DNA of 64,000 bases from Candidatus Rokuibacteriota bacterium (GTDB lineage: Bacteria; Methylomirabilota; Methylomirabilia; Rokubacteriales; CSP1-6): contig QHSO01000015.1 in the NCBI GenBank assembly GCA_003220475.1, positions 12,479 to 76,478 of the forward strand, given 5' to 3'. The position numbers were made by a program, and so were the translations under genes. Position 1 is the first letter of the stretch, and the number at the start of each line of letters is the position of its first letter. This document shows positions 43,659 to 52,235 of this stretch, in pieces. Below the pieces are notes generated by a model. It had not been told where the DNA came from, ran no database searches, and was given only the letters and a program-made list of their open reading frames with translations.

Positions 43659-44182
43659 AGGCGAACGTCTTTCACGGTCAGCGGCTGACCGGCGACCATC
43701 AGCACGACGCGGTCGGCGGCGGCGGCGACACGCTGATTGACCGTGCCGAGGAGATCGCGGAAGTGGCGGCCATCCTCGGTAGCGGGATGCACACCGAGAC
43801 CGACCTCGTTGGACACGAGCGTCACGTCCGCGGAGCGAAGCGCGAGCAACGCCGCGAGCTCGTCCGCCTGCTTGAGTACATGCGCGTCGGCGTCACCGCG
43901 CAGCATGAGGTTGGCGACCCAGACGGTCAGACAGTCGACGATCACCGCATCGGCGTCTGCGCATGCCTCGCGCAGGCACGCGACGAGCTCGCACGGCTCC
44001 TCGACGGTGCGCCAGTGACGCGGCCGCTCGGCGCGGTGCCGCTCGATTCGCTCGGCCATCTCGGCGTCGCCCGCGAGCGCGGTCGCGATGAAGGACACGC
44101 GTGTGCGCGAAGGCTGCAGCTCGAGGGCGAAGCGGCTCTTGCCGCTGCGTGCACCGCCGAGAACGAAAGTCGTCGAAACCAC
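43655..44182 (-). CDS. cobU: bifunctional adenosylcobinamide kinase / cobinamide-phosphate guanylyltransferase
   Basis: The motifs are VLGGARSGKS (P-loop) and HRAERP (His region). The GTG at 44182 is preceded by GGGAGGA. This gives 175 aa. Confidence 0.88.
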   Translation of the reverse strand: MVSTTFVLGGARSGKSRFALELQPSRTRVSFIATALAGDAEMAERIERHRAERPRHWRTVEEPCELVACLREACADADAVIVDCLTVWVANLMLRGDADAHVLKQADELAALLALRSADVTLVSNEVGLGVHPATEDGRHFRDLLGTVNQRVAAAADRVVLMVAGQPLTVKDVRL

Positions 44183-44216
44183 GCCCAGGTCCTCCCGCGA
44201 AGACCGGAATCGCAAG

Positions 44217-44362
44217 GTGCGCGCGCGGGCAGGTCTCCTGGCTCTCGGATCGTCCTACTCCCCGCACCTTCCCGGCCTCGCAGCCAGTGGCTCTCGCGGG
44301 TTTCGTCCCCGATTACAGTGACGGGGTCGCGGCGGATTCGCACCGCCTTCCCTGGGGCCCAT
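44217..44362 (-). promoter_or_regulatory. cobalamin riboswitch upstream of cobU
   Basis: The minus strand reads CAGGGAAGGCGGTGCGAATCCGCCGCGACCCCGTCACTGTAATCGGGGACGAAACCCGCGAGAGCCACTGGC...GGGAAGGTG...GAGAGCCAGGAGACCTGCCCGC. The core and the B12 box AGCCAGGAGACCTGCC are close to consensus. Confidence 0.9.
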
Positions 44363-44446
44363 CCGGGCGCCCGGGCGCGAACAACGCCGGAACGGTATCA
44401 GATGACCGGCCGGCATCGCAACCGCCCGGGCCGCCGGGGTTCGGGC

Positions 44447-44854
44447 CTACGCGGCGCGGCGGGCAGGAGTCTTGCGGCGACGAGCGGCCGTCCGCGCCTG
44501 GCGGGAGAGCGCGGTCCGCGACGCCGAGCGCCGCGGCTCGCGCGTGAGCGCGCGGTGCACCGCCCGTGCACGTCGCCGCGAGGTCTTGCGCTTTCCGCGC
44601 TGCCCGGCGCGATACGCGGAGGCGGCGCTCCGTCGGGTCGACTTCTTGCCCTTACGCGGCGGGGGGAGATCGACGCCGGCGCGGCGCGCCTTGGACAGGC
44701 CGATGGCGATCGCTTGTTTCGCGGACCGCGCACCGTGCTTGCCCTCGCGCACGTGGTGGATCTCCTCGCGCACGAACTCGCCGGCCTGCGTGGTGGGGGC
44801 CTTGCCCTCGCGTTTGTCGCGACGGGCCCGCTCGAGCGTCTCCTTCTCTGGCAT
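44447..44854 (-). CDS. small, highly basic hypothetical protein
   Basis: 135 aa. GGAGGTG is the RBS. The conserved-looking N-terminus is REGKAPTTQAGEFVREEIHHVREGKHGARSAKQAIAIGLSKARRAG. An Arg/Lys-rich tail follows. I recall it as a DUF6496-type family. This is unverified. Confidence 0.6.
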   Translation of the reverse strand: MPEKETLERARRDKREGKAPTTQAGEFVREEIHHVREGKHGARSAKQAIAIGLSKARRAGVDLPPPRKGKKSTRRSAASAYRAGQRGKRKTSRRRARAVHRALTREPRRSASRTALSRQARTAARRRKTPARRAA

Positions 44855-44898
44855 GCTGCACCTCCGCGCACCGATAGAAGCGAGCGGTATGCCAGCGA

Positions 44899-45554
44899 CT
44901 ACGCTTTCTTGTCGGCGTACGAGACGGCGAGGCCGGCGCCGGCATCGGCCTGGATGCCGTACGGCGGGATCGGATAGCGCAGCCCGTTCTTGTCGAGCGC
45001 GGCGAGCCCCTCGATCACCTTCGGCAGAAACCGCGGGGGGATCGCCATCAGGAGCTCGTCGTCGGCCACCCCGCCGTAGCGCCGCTCGGCGTAGCACGGA
45101 ATCGTGAGCGCCGGCTCGCCGGTTTTGAGCGCCTTGCCCCAGGAATCCGCGCACGCAGACTCGCCGACCGACGTGAACGACAGCTTCCGATAGCCGCTCC
45201 ACTGCAGGCCGTTGATGAAGAAAATCATCTGGCCGGGAGTGCCATAGATGAGGCAGATGTCGGGCGGATTCAGCCGACCCGATGTCAGCGGTGCGACCGC
45301 CATCGCGCGATAGCGTCCGTGCGGCACGCAATCCATCGCGTGCTGGTGTGCGCTGGCATCCTCGATGGTCTTGAACCAGACGCCGGCCATACGCTTGCCC
45401 GAGAGCCACTCGGAATCTTGAGGGTCGTTTTCGGGATCGCCTCCATCGCCTCGACGGTCTCGAACAGCTTCATGCCGATCGGGATCGAGCGAAGCCTGAG
45501 GTAACGGTTGAGCCCCTCGACGATCGCCTGCCAGTCGTAGGTGTCGGTATTCAT
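44899..45554 (-). pseudogene. DUF169-family protein interrupted by a frameshift and probable internal deletion
   Basis: The N-terminal 48 codons (MNTDTYDWQAIVEGLNRYLRLRSIPIGMKLFETVEAMEAIPKTTLK) are in one frame. The body (..DSEWLSGKRMAGVWFKTIEDA...GESACADSWG...LRYPIPPYG) is in another. The junction is near 45400-45420. Confidence 0.7.
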
Positions 45555-45590
45555 CCAGCGCCTCCGGAGCGCCATGATACCGTCGTGTGG

Positions 45591-46448
45591 ATGGCGACGG
45601 AGACCTTCCGTTATCCTCGTCGCTTCAAGACGATGACCGCGGTCTCCGGCGTCGTCTTCGCCGCGCTGGCCATCATGCTGCTGATGTGGCTGGACATCGG
45701 GCCGGTGCGTCACACCGAGCTCTTCGTGGCGATCATGCTGACCGTCGGCACCTCGCTCGCCTGGTGCGTCACCATGTTCCGGCGCGCCGACGACGAGGTC
45801 GTGCTGGACGAGTCGAGCATCGCGTACCGCGTGCCCGGACGGCCGACGCTGATCCTGTCGTGGCCCGAGATCACCCGCGTGCGTGCCCGGGACGTGTTGC
45901 AGCGACTCGATCTGTCCGACGTCACAGGCACGCGCCGCATCGTGCTCGCCTATCAGATGGAGAACTTTGCGCGGCTGCGCCAGATCATCCGCGAGCGTAC
46001 GACTCCGGCCACGACGACGGGATCGCCCCAGCGCGTGTTCGCCAAGAGCCTCGGCGCGATTCTGCTGCCCCTGCACTGGCCGGTGGTTTTCGTGATCGTT
46101 GCGGCATGGTTCTGGCGGCACGGGTCTTCGCCGCTCGCGCTCCTCTTCGGCATCGCGTGGGGCGTGTGGGTCGTGCTCAGCCCGCCATGGCGCGTGCGCC
46201 TGCTCGACGACGCCGTCGCCGTGGATTGGCTCGCCTGGAGCCGCACGATTTCCTACGGCGACGTCGTCGCGGTGCGCATCAAGGAGCTGAAGGACATTCC
46301 GGACAAGGAGACGACGGGCGGCGTGGCGACCGTGATGATCGAGACGACGCGAGGCGACGTGATCAAGCTCGCCGGCTTCAAAGACGGATCGTTCGCGCTC
46401 TACCGCGCGCTCGACGAAGCGTCGAAGCTCGGTCGCTCGCGGGTGTGA
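45591..46448 (+). CDS. hypothetical membrane protein
   Basis: There are two pairs of transmembrane helices, each followed by a soluble ~70-aa segment (a bPH-like arrangement). The start is ATG 45591 or GTG 45585. Confidence 0.6.
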   Translation: MATETFRYPRRFKTMTAVSGVVFAALAIMLLMWLDIGPVRHTELFVAIMLTVGTSLAWCVTMFRRADDEVVLDESSIAYRVPGRPTLILSWPEITRVRARDVLQRLDLSDVTGTRRIVLAYQMENFARLRQIIRERTTPATTTGSPQRVFAKSLGAILLPLHWPVVFVIVAAWFWRHGSSPLALLFGIAWGVWVVLSPPWRVRLLDDAVAVDWLAWSRTISYGDVVAVRIKELKDIPDKETTGGVATVMIETTRGDVIKLAGFKDGSFALYRALDEASKLGRSRV

Positions 46449-46460
46449 GCGGGGCCTCGC

Positions 46461-46826
46461 CTACGCTCCGCGCAGTCGATCCAGGGCGCGGCGCTCGCGC
46501 TTGGTCGGCCGCCCCGCCCCCGGGGGCCGAACGGGCGGCGCGGCCCAGCGGGCGCGCGGCGGCTCCGGCGGGGTGAGATCCTCGTAGAGGAGGCGCGCGT
46601 GCGCGGCCCCACCTCGACGCTCGTCGAGGCCGGCCACCTTGAGCACGCGTCGGCGTCCCTGCGGAAGCGTGACCTTTATATAGTCGCCGGGGCGGACGGC
46701 CTTGGCCGGCTTGGCGGCCTGGTCGTTGATGTCGACCTTTCCTCCGTCACACGCGTCGGCCGCCAGGCTGCGCGTCTTGAAGACACGTGCGGCCCACAAC
46801 CACTTGTCGATCCTCAGCGAATCCAC
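46461..46826 (-). CDS. hslR: ribosome-associated heat-shock protein Hsp15 (S4 RNA-binding domain)
   Basis: 121 aa. The N-terminus reads LRIDKWLWAARVFKTRSLAADACDGGKVDINDQAAKPAKAVRPGD. Confidence 0.85.
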   Translation of the reverse strand: MDSLRIDKWLWAARVFKTRSLAADACDGGKVDINDQAAKPAKAVRPGDYIKVTLPQGRRRVLKVAGLDERRGGAAHARLLYEDLTPPEPPRARWAAPPVRPPGAGRPTKRERRALDRLRGA

Positions 46827-46849
46827 GCGCCGACGGTATCATACGGTCC

Positions 46850-47524
46850 GTGCGTGTCAGCTCCGTCATCGTCCCGCTCGCCGTGTTCGTGGTCGCCGCC
46901 GTCGCTGCCCCCGACGAAATCGTCATCGAGGACTGGAAAGCATACAAGGTCGGCGCGATAGGCCTGCCCGGCCAGTGGACAGCGCAGAATTGGGGCACAC
47001 CGAACTATCAGAACATCAAGATCGTCGACGATGACGGGCGTCGCGCGCTCCACATGAAGAGCGTCAACGACAGCATCACGCTCAACCGCGACATCAAGGG
47101 TAAGGTGCGTCTCAAGGACACGCCGATCCTCGAGTGGGAATGGAAATCGATCGCGCTGCCCAAGGACGGTAACGCGTGCAAGAAGTCAACGGATGACGAG
47201 GCGGCGCAGATCTACGTCGTCTGGCCGCGCTTTCCCGAGCACATGCGCTCGCGCATCATCGGCTACGTCTGGGACACGACGCAGCCGGCCGGCACCATCT
47301 GCCGGAGCGAAAAGATGCGTACGGTGACCTACATCGTGGTGCGCTCTGGTTCCACCGACCTCAACAAATGGATCACGGAGAAGCGCAACGTGGTCGAGGA
47401 CTTCGAGAAGGTCTACGGCGATGCGCCCGACGTCCCTGCCGTGCTCTCGCTATCCACCGACTCCAACGACACGAACTCGACGTCGGAGGCGATGGTCGGC
47501 ACAATCCGCTTCAAGAGCGAGTGA
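46850..47524 (+). CDS. secreted DUF3047-like protein, copy 1
   Basis: 224 aa. The start is GTG. A signal peptide is followed by TPILEWEWKS...DDEAAQIYVVWPRF...IGYVWDT. The family name is from memory. The paralog lies immediately downstream. Confidence 0.75.
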   Translation: MRVSSVIVPLAVFVVAAVAAPDEIVIEDWKAYKVGAIGLPGQWTAQNWGTPNYQNIKIVDDDGRRALHMKSVNDSITLNRDIKGKVRLKDTPILEWEWKSIALPKDGNACKKSTDDEAAQIYVVWPRFPEHMRSRIIGYVWDTTQPAGTICRSEKMRTVTYIVVRSGSTDLNKWITEKRNVVEDFEKVYGDAPDVPAVLSLSTDSNDTNSTSEAMVGTIRFKSE

Positions 47525-47553
47525 CCCGCGTCTGCGCCGGTATCATAGGATCC

Positions 47554-48131
47554 ATGCGCCCTCGTTCCGTGATCGTCGCGCTCGCCGTGCTCGCGCTCGC
47601 CACCGTCGCCACCGCCGCCGCCTCAAGATCGTTGACGATGACGGCCGCCGCGCGCTCCACATGAAGAGCGCCAACGACAGCTCGACCATCAACCGCGACG
47701 TCAAGGGCAAGGTGCATCTCAAGGACACGCCCATCCTCGAGTGGGAATGGAAGTCGATCGTACTGCCCAAGGGCGGCAACTCCTGCAAGAAGGCGACGGA
47801 CGACCAGGCAGGACAGATCTTCGTCGTCTGGCCGCGCTTCCCCGAGCAGGTGCGTTCGCGCGTCATCGGCTACGTCTGGGACACGACGCAGCCCGTGGGC
47901 ACGATCTGCAAGAGCGAGAAGACGGGCACCGTGACCTACGTCGTGGTCCGCTCCGGCTCCGGGGATCTCAACAAATGGGTCGCGGAGACGCGCAACGTGG
48001 TCGAGGACTTCAAGAAGATTTACGGCGAGGCGCCCGAGGACCCGGCGATCCTCTCGCTCTCCATCGACTCCAACGACACCGGCACGACGTCGGAGGCGAT
48101 GATCGGCGCTGTTCGGTTCAAGAGCCAGTAA
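47554..48131 (+). pseudogene. DUF3047-like protein, copy 2; the signal peptide is out of frame with the body
   Basis: The signal peptide from ATG 47554 (MRPRSVIVALAVLALATVATAAA) runs into a stop at 47664. The body (LKIVDDDGRRALHMKS...RFKSQ) is in a different frame. About 33 residues present in copy 1 (IVIEDWKAYKVGAIGLPGQWTAQNWGTPNYQN) are missing. Confidence 0.7.
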
Positions 48132-48265
48132 CGAGCCTGATCGCGCCTTCCGCTTGATTTCACGCGAGGTTCGACGCGTCAGGACGATTTTGCTCACACC
48201 CGGCCTCCCGAAAACGCCACTATGGTTCCGAGGGAATTTCTCCCTCACTCGGGGGGAACAGAACA

Positions 48266-49732
48266 ATGGCTCCACGCGCGGCGCGCCGCGGGGCGGGGGT
48301 TCTGGTCGTCCTGCTCGTCGGCGGCGTCCTGATCGTCACGCTCCTCATCGTGGCCGCTGCTCGCGCGCCTCAGGTGCGTGCCGGCGCCTGCCGCGCGTTT
48401 CGCCCCCTCGTCGCCGTCGACCGCTTCGTACCGGTGTGCGGCGGCCAGAGTCAGGCCAAGCTGGAACTCGGGGCCGCGCGCGAGGCGACGCGGCGCCTGG
48501 CCTACCGTGAGGCGCTCGGCCACTCTCGCGCGGCCGCCGCCGCGGCGCCCGACCTTCCCGCGGCGCACGTCGCTCGCGGTGAGCTCGCGGAAATGCTCGG
48601 CGAGTACGACGAAGCGCTCGCGGCCTTTCAGCGGGCCGCAGCCATCGCCCCCTCCGTCGACGCGAGCCGGCGCATCGGCGCCATCGCAGACCGCCTCGGT
48701 CAGGTCGACCTCGCCGTACAGACGCTCGATGCCGCACAGGGCCCATGGGGCGAGCACGCGGCCGCCGGCGCGCGTTCGGCGGCGGGGGCGTTTGTCGGCT
48801 GCGCGCCGTTGTACTGGGCGAATCCGTTCCGGCTCTGGCAGACGTGCGTGAACCGGTCACGCAACGCCTACGACTTCTCCTTCGATGCCTCACGCGAGGT
48901 CGTGCCGCGCTGGGTCTTTCGGATTTTCGTCGAAGCGGGGCGGTACGATCCCGCCCTCGCGCTCGCGCGCGCTCGAGGGTGGGTCCGAGCGGACGTCGAC
49001 TACTGCGGCCGGCACGCGCTGCCGATCGATGAAGAGACCTCGGCGCTGCTCGCGATGCTCACCCAGCCCGAGCGCGCCGACTGCGCGGTCGGCACCGCGG
49101 TCAGCGTCGCCGACGACGGCGGCGCGCGGCTCGCACGCATGATGCTGCTCGACCGCATCGCGCACTCGCCCGAAGCGGAGACACGGGAGCGCGCGCAGTA
49201 CTATCTCCGCTACCGCCTGCCCGATCACGAGGTGCCGCGCCTGGCGGAGGCGCTCAACGCCACGGGCTGGCGCCTGCAGCACATCCACGACGCGCCCGAG
49301 GAAGCGCTCGTCGTCTTTCAAAAGGCGATCGAGGTCGATCCCCGCTTCTCGTGGCCGCACCACAACATCGGACGGCTCTACATGGCCAAGGCCGACTACG
49401 AGCAGGCGCGCATCTGGCTCGAGCGCGCGCTCGCGGTGAACCCGGATCACTGGCGCGCGCTCTACAACTACGGTGTGACGAGCGCCAACCTCAAGCGCTG
49501 GCCCGACGCGCTGACTGCGTACCGCAAGGCGCTCGCCATCAGCCCGAACGACGCCCGCCTGCACGCCAACGTCGGCTGGACGCTCATCGAGCTCGGCCAG
49601 CACCTCGAAGCCGATAGGGAGCTGCAGATCGCCGTGCGGCTCGATCCGAGCCTGCAGGCCGAGCGCGCGTACCTGAACTCTCGCTATGGCCCCGACGCGC
49701 GCAGCGGGCCGACGCCGTTTTCCACCCGATGA
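48266..49732 (+). CDS. membrane-anchored TPR-repeat protein
   Basis: 488 aa. An N-terminal transmembrane helix and TPR repeats at both ends (e.g. NIGRLYMAKADYEQARIWLERALAVNPDH) flank a Cys-containing middle region. Confidence 0.75.
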   Translation: MAPRAARRGAGVLVVLLVGGVLIVTLLIVAAARAPQVRAGACRAFRPLVAVDRFVPVCGGQSQAKLELGAAREATRRLAYREALGHSRAAAAAAPDLPAAHVARGELAEMLGEYDEALAAFQRAAAIAPSVDASRRIGAIADRLGQVDLAVQTLDAAQGPWGEHAAAGARSAAGAFVGCAPLYWANPFRLWQTCVNRSRNAYDFSFDASREVVPRWVFRIFVEAGRYDPALALARARGWVRADVDYCGRHALPIDEETSALLAMLTQPERADCAVGTAVSVADDGGARLARMMLLDRIAHSPEAETRERAQYYLRYRLPDHEVPRLAEALNATGWRLQHIHDAPEEALVVFQKAIEVDPRFSWPHHNIGRLYMAKADYEQARIWLERALAVNPDHWRALYNYGVTSANLKRWPDALTAYRKALAISPNDARLHANVGWTLIELGQHLEADRELQIAVRLDPSLQAERAYLNSRYGPDARSGPTPFSTR

Positions 49733-51120
49733 GGATCCCGATGAAGCGACGCGTGATCGTGACGGCTGCGGTCGTCGTCCTCTCGCTCGGCGGGGCGAGC
49801 GCACGTGCGCAGCAGCCGGCGCCCAGCCTCGGCGATTCGCCGGCGGCGCTCGTCGAGCGTGCACGAGCCGCGTATACACAGGGCCGCTACCACGACGCGC
49901 TGGCCACGGCGCGGCGCGCGGCGGAGGCAGCGCCGCGCTCGGTGTTGGCGCAGCTGGCCCGCGGCGGCATGGCGGAGTTCATGGGCGAGTTCGACGAGGC
50001 CGCGCAGGCCTACGCGCAGGCGCAGGCGCTGGCCCCGAGCGACAACACCACGCGCTATCGGATGGCGTCGTTCGCCACGCGCGTGGGCGATTACGATCGC
50101 GCGCTCCGCGAGCTCGATGCCATCCTCGCCACGCAGCCGAAGGCCGCTCAGCTCTTCTTCCGCTGGGCGCCGCCGTTCGTGCAGAAGCCGCTCCTCAAGC
50201 GCAGCCCGGCCCTCGAGCAATTCGTCGAGCTGCAGATCGACATCCTGATGGAGAAGGGCGACCTGGCCGGGGCGCGTCGGCTCGCCCACCGTCACGCGAT
50301 CGTGGAGCCGGGCCGCGATTACTGCGCGGAGGCAAACGTCAAGAAGAGCGCCCGCGGCTCTCCGGACGAGGTGTTCAAGGCCTTCCGGCTCGCCGCGCTC
50401 GGTCAGCCGGATTCCGCCGACTGCATCTGGTGGTACGGCCAGTGGCTCACCGACGAGGGCTATATGCGGCTCGGTCGGCTCATGGTGGAAGAAGGGACCC
50501 GCGTGACGAGCGCGGCCTCCAACAAGGAATCGGGCCAGCGCTTCGTGCGCATTCGACTGGGCGGCGCGCGGCCGGTCAGCAAGCGCGCGGAGTCGCTCTT
50601 CATGATCGCCACGCAGCGCTACCTCCGCGACGGCGACGTCGAGGGCGCGGCGCGATTGTTCGACGAAAGCGTGCGCCTGTCCCCCACGTTCGCGCGGCCG
50701 TACTCGTACAAGGCGCGCCTCGCCCTCGACGACGGCGACCGTGAGGCGGCAGTGCAGTGGCTGCGGCGGGGCGTCGAAGCCGATCCGGAGTCGTGGCGTA
50801 CCTGGCACAACCTCGGGCGCCTGCTGCTCGCCGCCGAGCGCTGGGACGAGGCCGGCCGTGCGCTCGCGCGCGCCGTGGAGCTGTTTCCCGACGACGTCGG
50901 CGGCAGGCTCGCGCTGGCGCGCGCCCTCTACGCGGTCGGCGATTGGGACGGCTATCGCACGCACACGGAGTACGCGCTCGGGTTCGCGCGGAACCTCAGC
51001 GGCAAGGACGGCGTCAAGGAGCCGGCGGACTTCCTCGCGAAGTTCCAGCGCTGGGGTCCCGGCGCGACGCTGCCGCCGACGCCCGACCCGCGCGTCATCC
51101 TCGGCTGGAACCGGGACTGA
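49729..51120 (+). CDS. secreted TPR-repeat protein, paralogous in architecture to the preceding gene
   Basis: 463 aa. A signal peptide and TPR repeats are present. The middle region shares DYC...ADC spacing with the upstream protein. ATGA overlap. Confidence 0.75.
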   Translation: MRIPMKRRVIVTAAVVVLSLGGASARAQQPAPSLGDSPAALVERARAAYTQGRYHDALATARRAAEAAPRSVLAQLARGGMAEFMGEFDEAAQAYAQAQALAPSDNTTRYRMASFATRVGDYDRALRELDAILATQPKAAQLFFRWAPPFVQKPLLKRSPALEQFVELQIDILMEKGDLAGARRLAHRHAIVEPGRDYCAEANVKKSARGSPDEVFKAFRLAALGQPDSADCIWWYGQWLTDEGYMRLGRLMVEEGTRVTSAASNKESGQRFVRIRLGGARPVSKRAESLFMIATQRYLRDGDVEGAARLFDESVRLSPTFARPYSYKARLALDDGDREAAVQWLRRGVEADPESWRTWHNLGRLLLAAERWDEAGRALARAVELFPDDVGGRLALARALYAVGDWDGYRTHTEYALGFARNLSGKDGVKEPADFLAKFQRWGPGATLPPTPDPRVILGWNRD

Positions 51121-51131
51121 GAGGGAGGCCC

Positions 51132-52181
51132 ATGAAGCTCGCGTCGACACTCGTGGTGATCGTCGCGCTGGCGGTGCCCGCGCACGCGGGCGACGTCTAT
51201 CGCTGGGTCGATGGAGACGCCATCGTCTACAGCGATCAGCCGCCGCCGGACGGCGTCGTCGTCACGGAGATGCCCGGCCGCAAGGCGTTCGCCGTCGTCA
51301 CCGCGGCCGACGTGCCGGACGCCGCGCCGGCACTCGAGGCCGCGCCGCCCGCGTCATCCGCGGAGCCCGACCTCGCCCCTGTCTCGATGGCGCCTGCGAC
51401 CGTCGACGAGATTCTCGAGCTCTCCGGGATGCGCCCGCAGCTGCCGGCGTTCGCCACCGCGCTCGGCGCCGAGTATCTCCCCCGGCCCGGCCAGCTCGGC
51501 GGGCGCGACGGTGCACGCGTCGCGCAGATCGTCGCTCGCCAGTTCGTGCCCGAGCGGATGTACGCGGCGATTCGCGAGGACATGCGGCGACATGTCGATG
51601 CCAAGCAGCTCGCTGGGATGGCGGCGTGGTTTCGCTCCCGCCTCGGCCGCAAGGTGACCGCGCTCGAGATCGCCGCGTCGAAACCCGAGGCGGGGCCGAA
51701 GCTCGCCGCGTTCGCCGCTGCGCTCAAGACATCGCCTGCGCGGCCGGCGCGCGTCGAGCTGGTCCAGCGGCTCGAGTGGGTGACCGGCGCAAGCCAGGAG
51801 ACGACGGACCTCGCGCTCGCGGTCGCCGGAAGCATCGCCCGGGCAGCGGCCGCCGCGGCGCCGGCCGAGCGGCGCGCGCGAGTCGGGATGATCGAGCGCG
51901 GCGTCGACGAGATGCGCGGCCAGATGGCTCCGACGATCGCCGAGGGCGTCCTCGCCCAGATGCTCTACGTGTACGAACCGCTCACCGATGCTGAGCTGAA
52001 GGCCTACGTGGATTTCCTGGCCTCACCGCCGGGCCGGGCATACGGCCGCGTCGCCCACGCCGCGCTGCTGCGCGTGGTGCGCGAGGTCGCCGATCGTACG
52101 GCGGTCGAGATCGTGCGCGCGGTGCCGCCACAGCGGTGGGCGACTGCGCAAAAGACTGCGGGGTCGACGCCGCCGCGCTGA
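51132..52181 (+). CDS. secreted DUF4124-domain protein with a helical C-terminal domain
   Basis: GAGGGAGG is the RBS. The signal peptide is followed by the VYRWVDGDAIVYSDQPPP (DUF4124) motif and a long alanine-rich helical C-terminus. Confidence 0.7.
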   Translation: MKLASTLVVIVALAVPAHAGDVYRWVDGDAIVYSDQPPPDGVVVTEMPGRKAFAVVTAADVPDAAPALEAAPPASSAEPDLAPVSMAPATVDEILELSGMRPQLPAFATALGAEYLPRPGQLGGRDGARVAQIVARQFVPERMYAAIREDMRRHVDAKQLAGMAAWFRSRLGRKVTALEIAASKPEAGPKLAAFAAALKTSPARPARVELVQRLEWVTGASQETTDLALAVAGSIARAAAAAAPAERRARVGMIERGVDEMRGQMAPTIAEGVLAQMLYVYEPLTDAELKAYVDFLASPPGRAYGRVAHAALLRVVREVADRTAVEIVRAVPPQRWATAQKTAGSTPPR

Positions 52182-52235
52182 GGGCGCCGTCGTGGCAAAC
52201 CTCTTGCACCCACGCAAGTCGGAGGAGTTGCAGCA

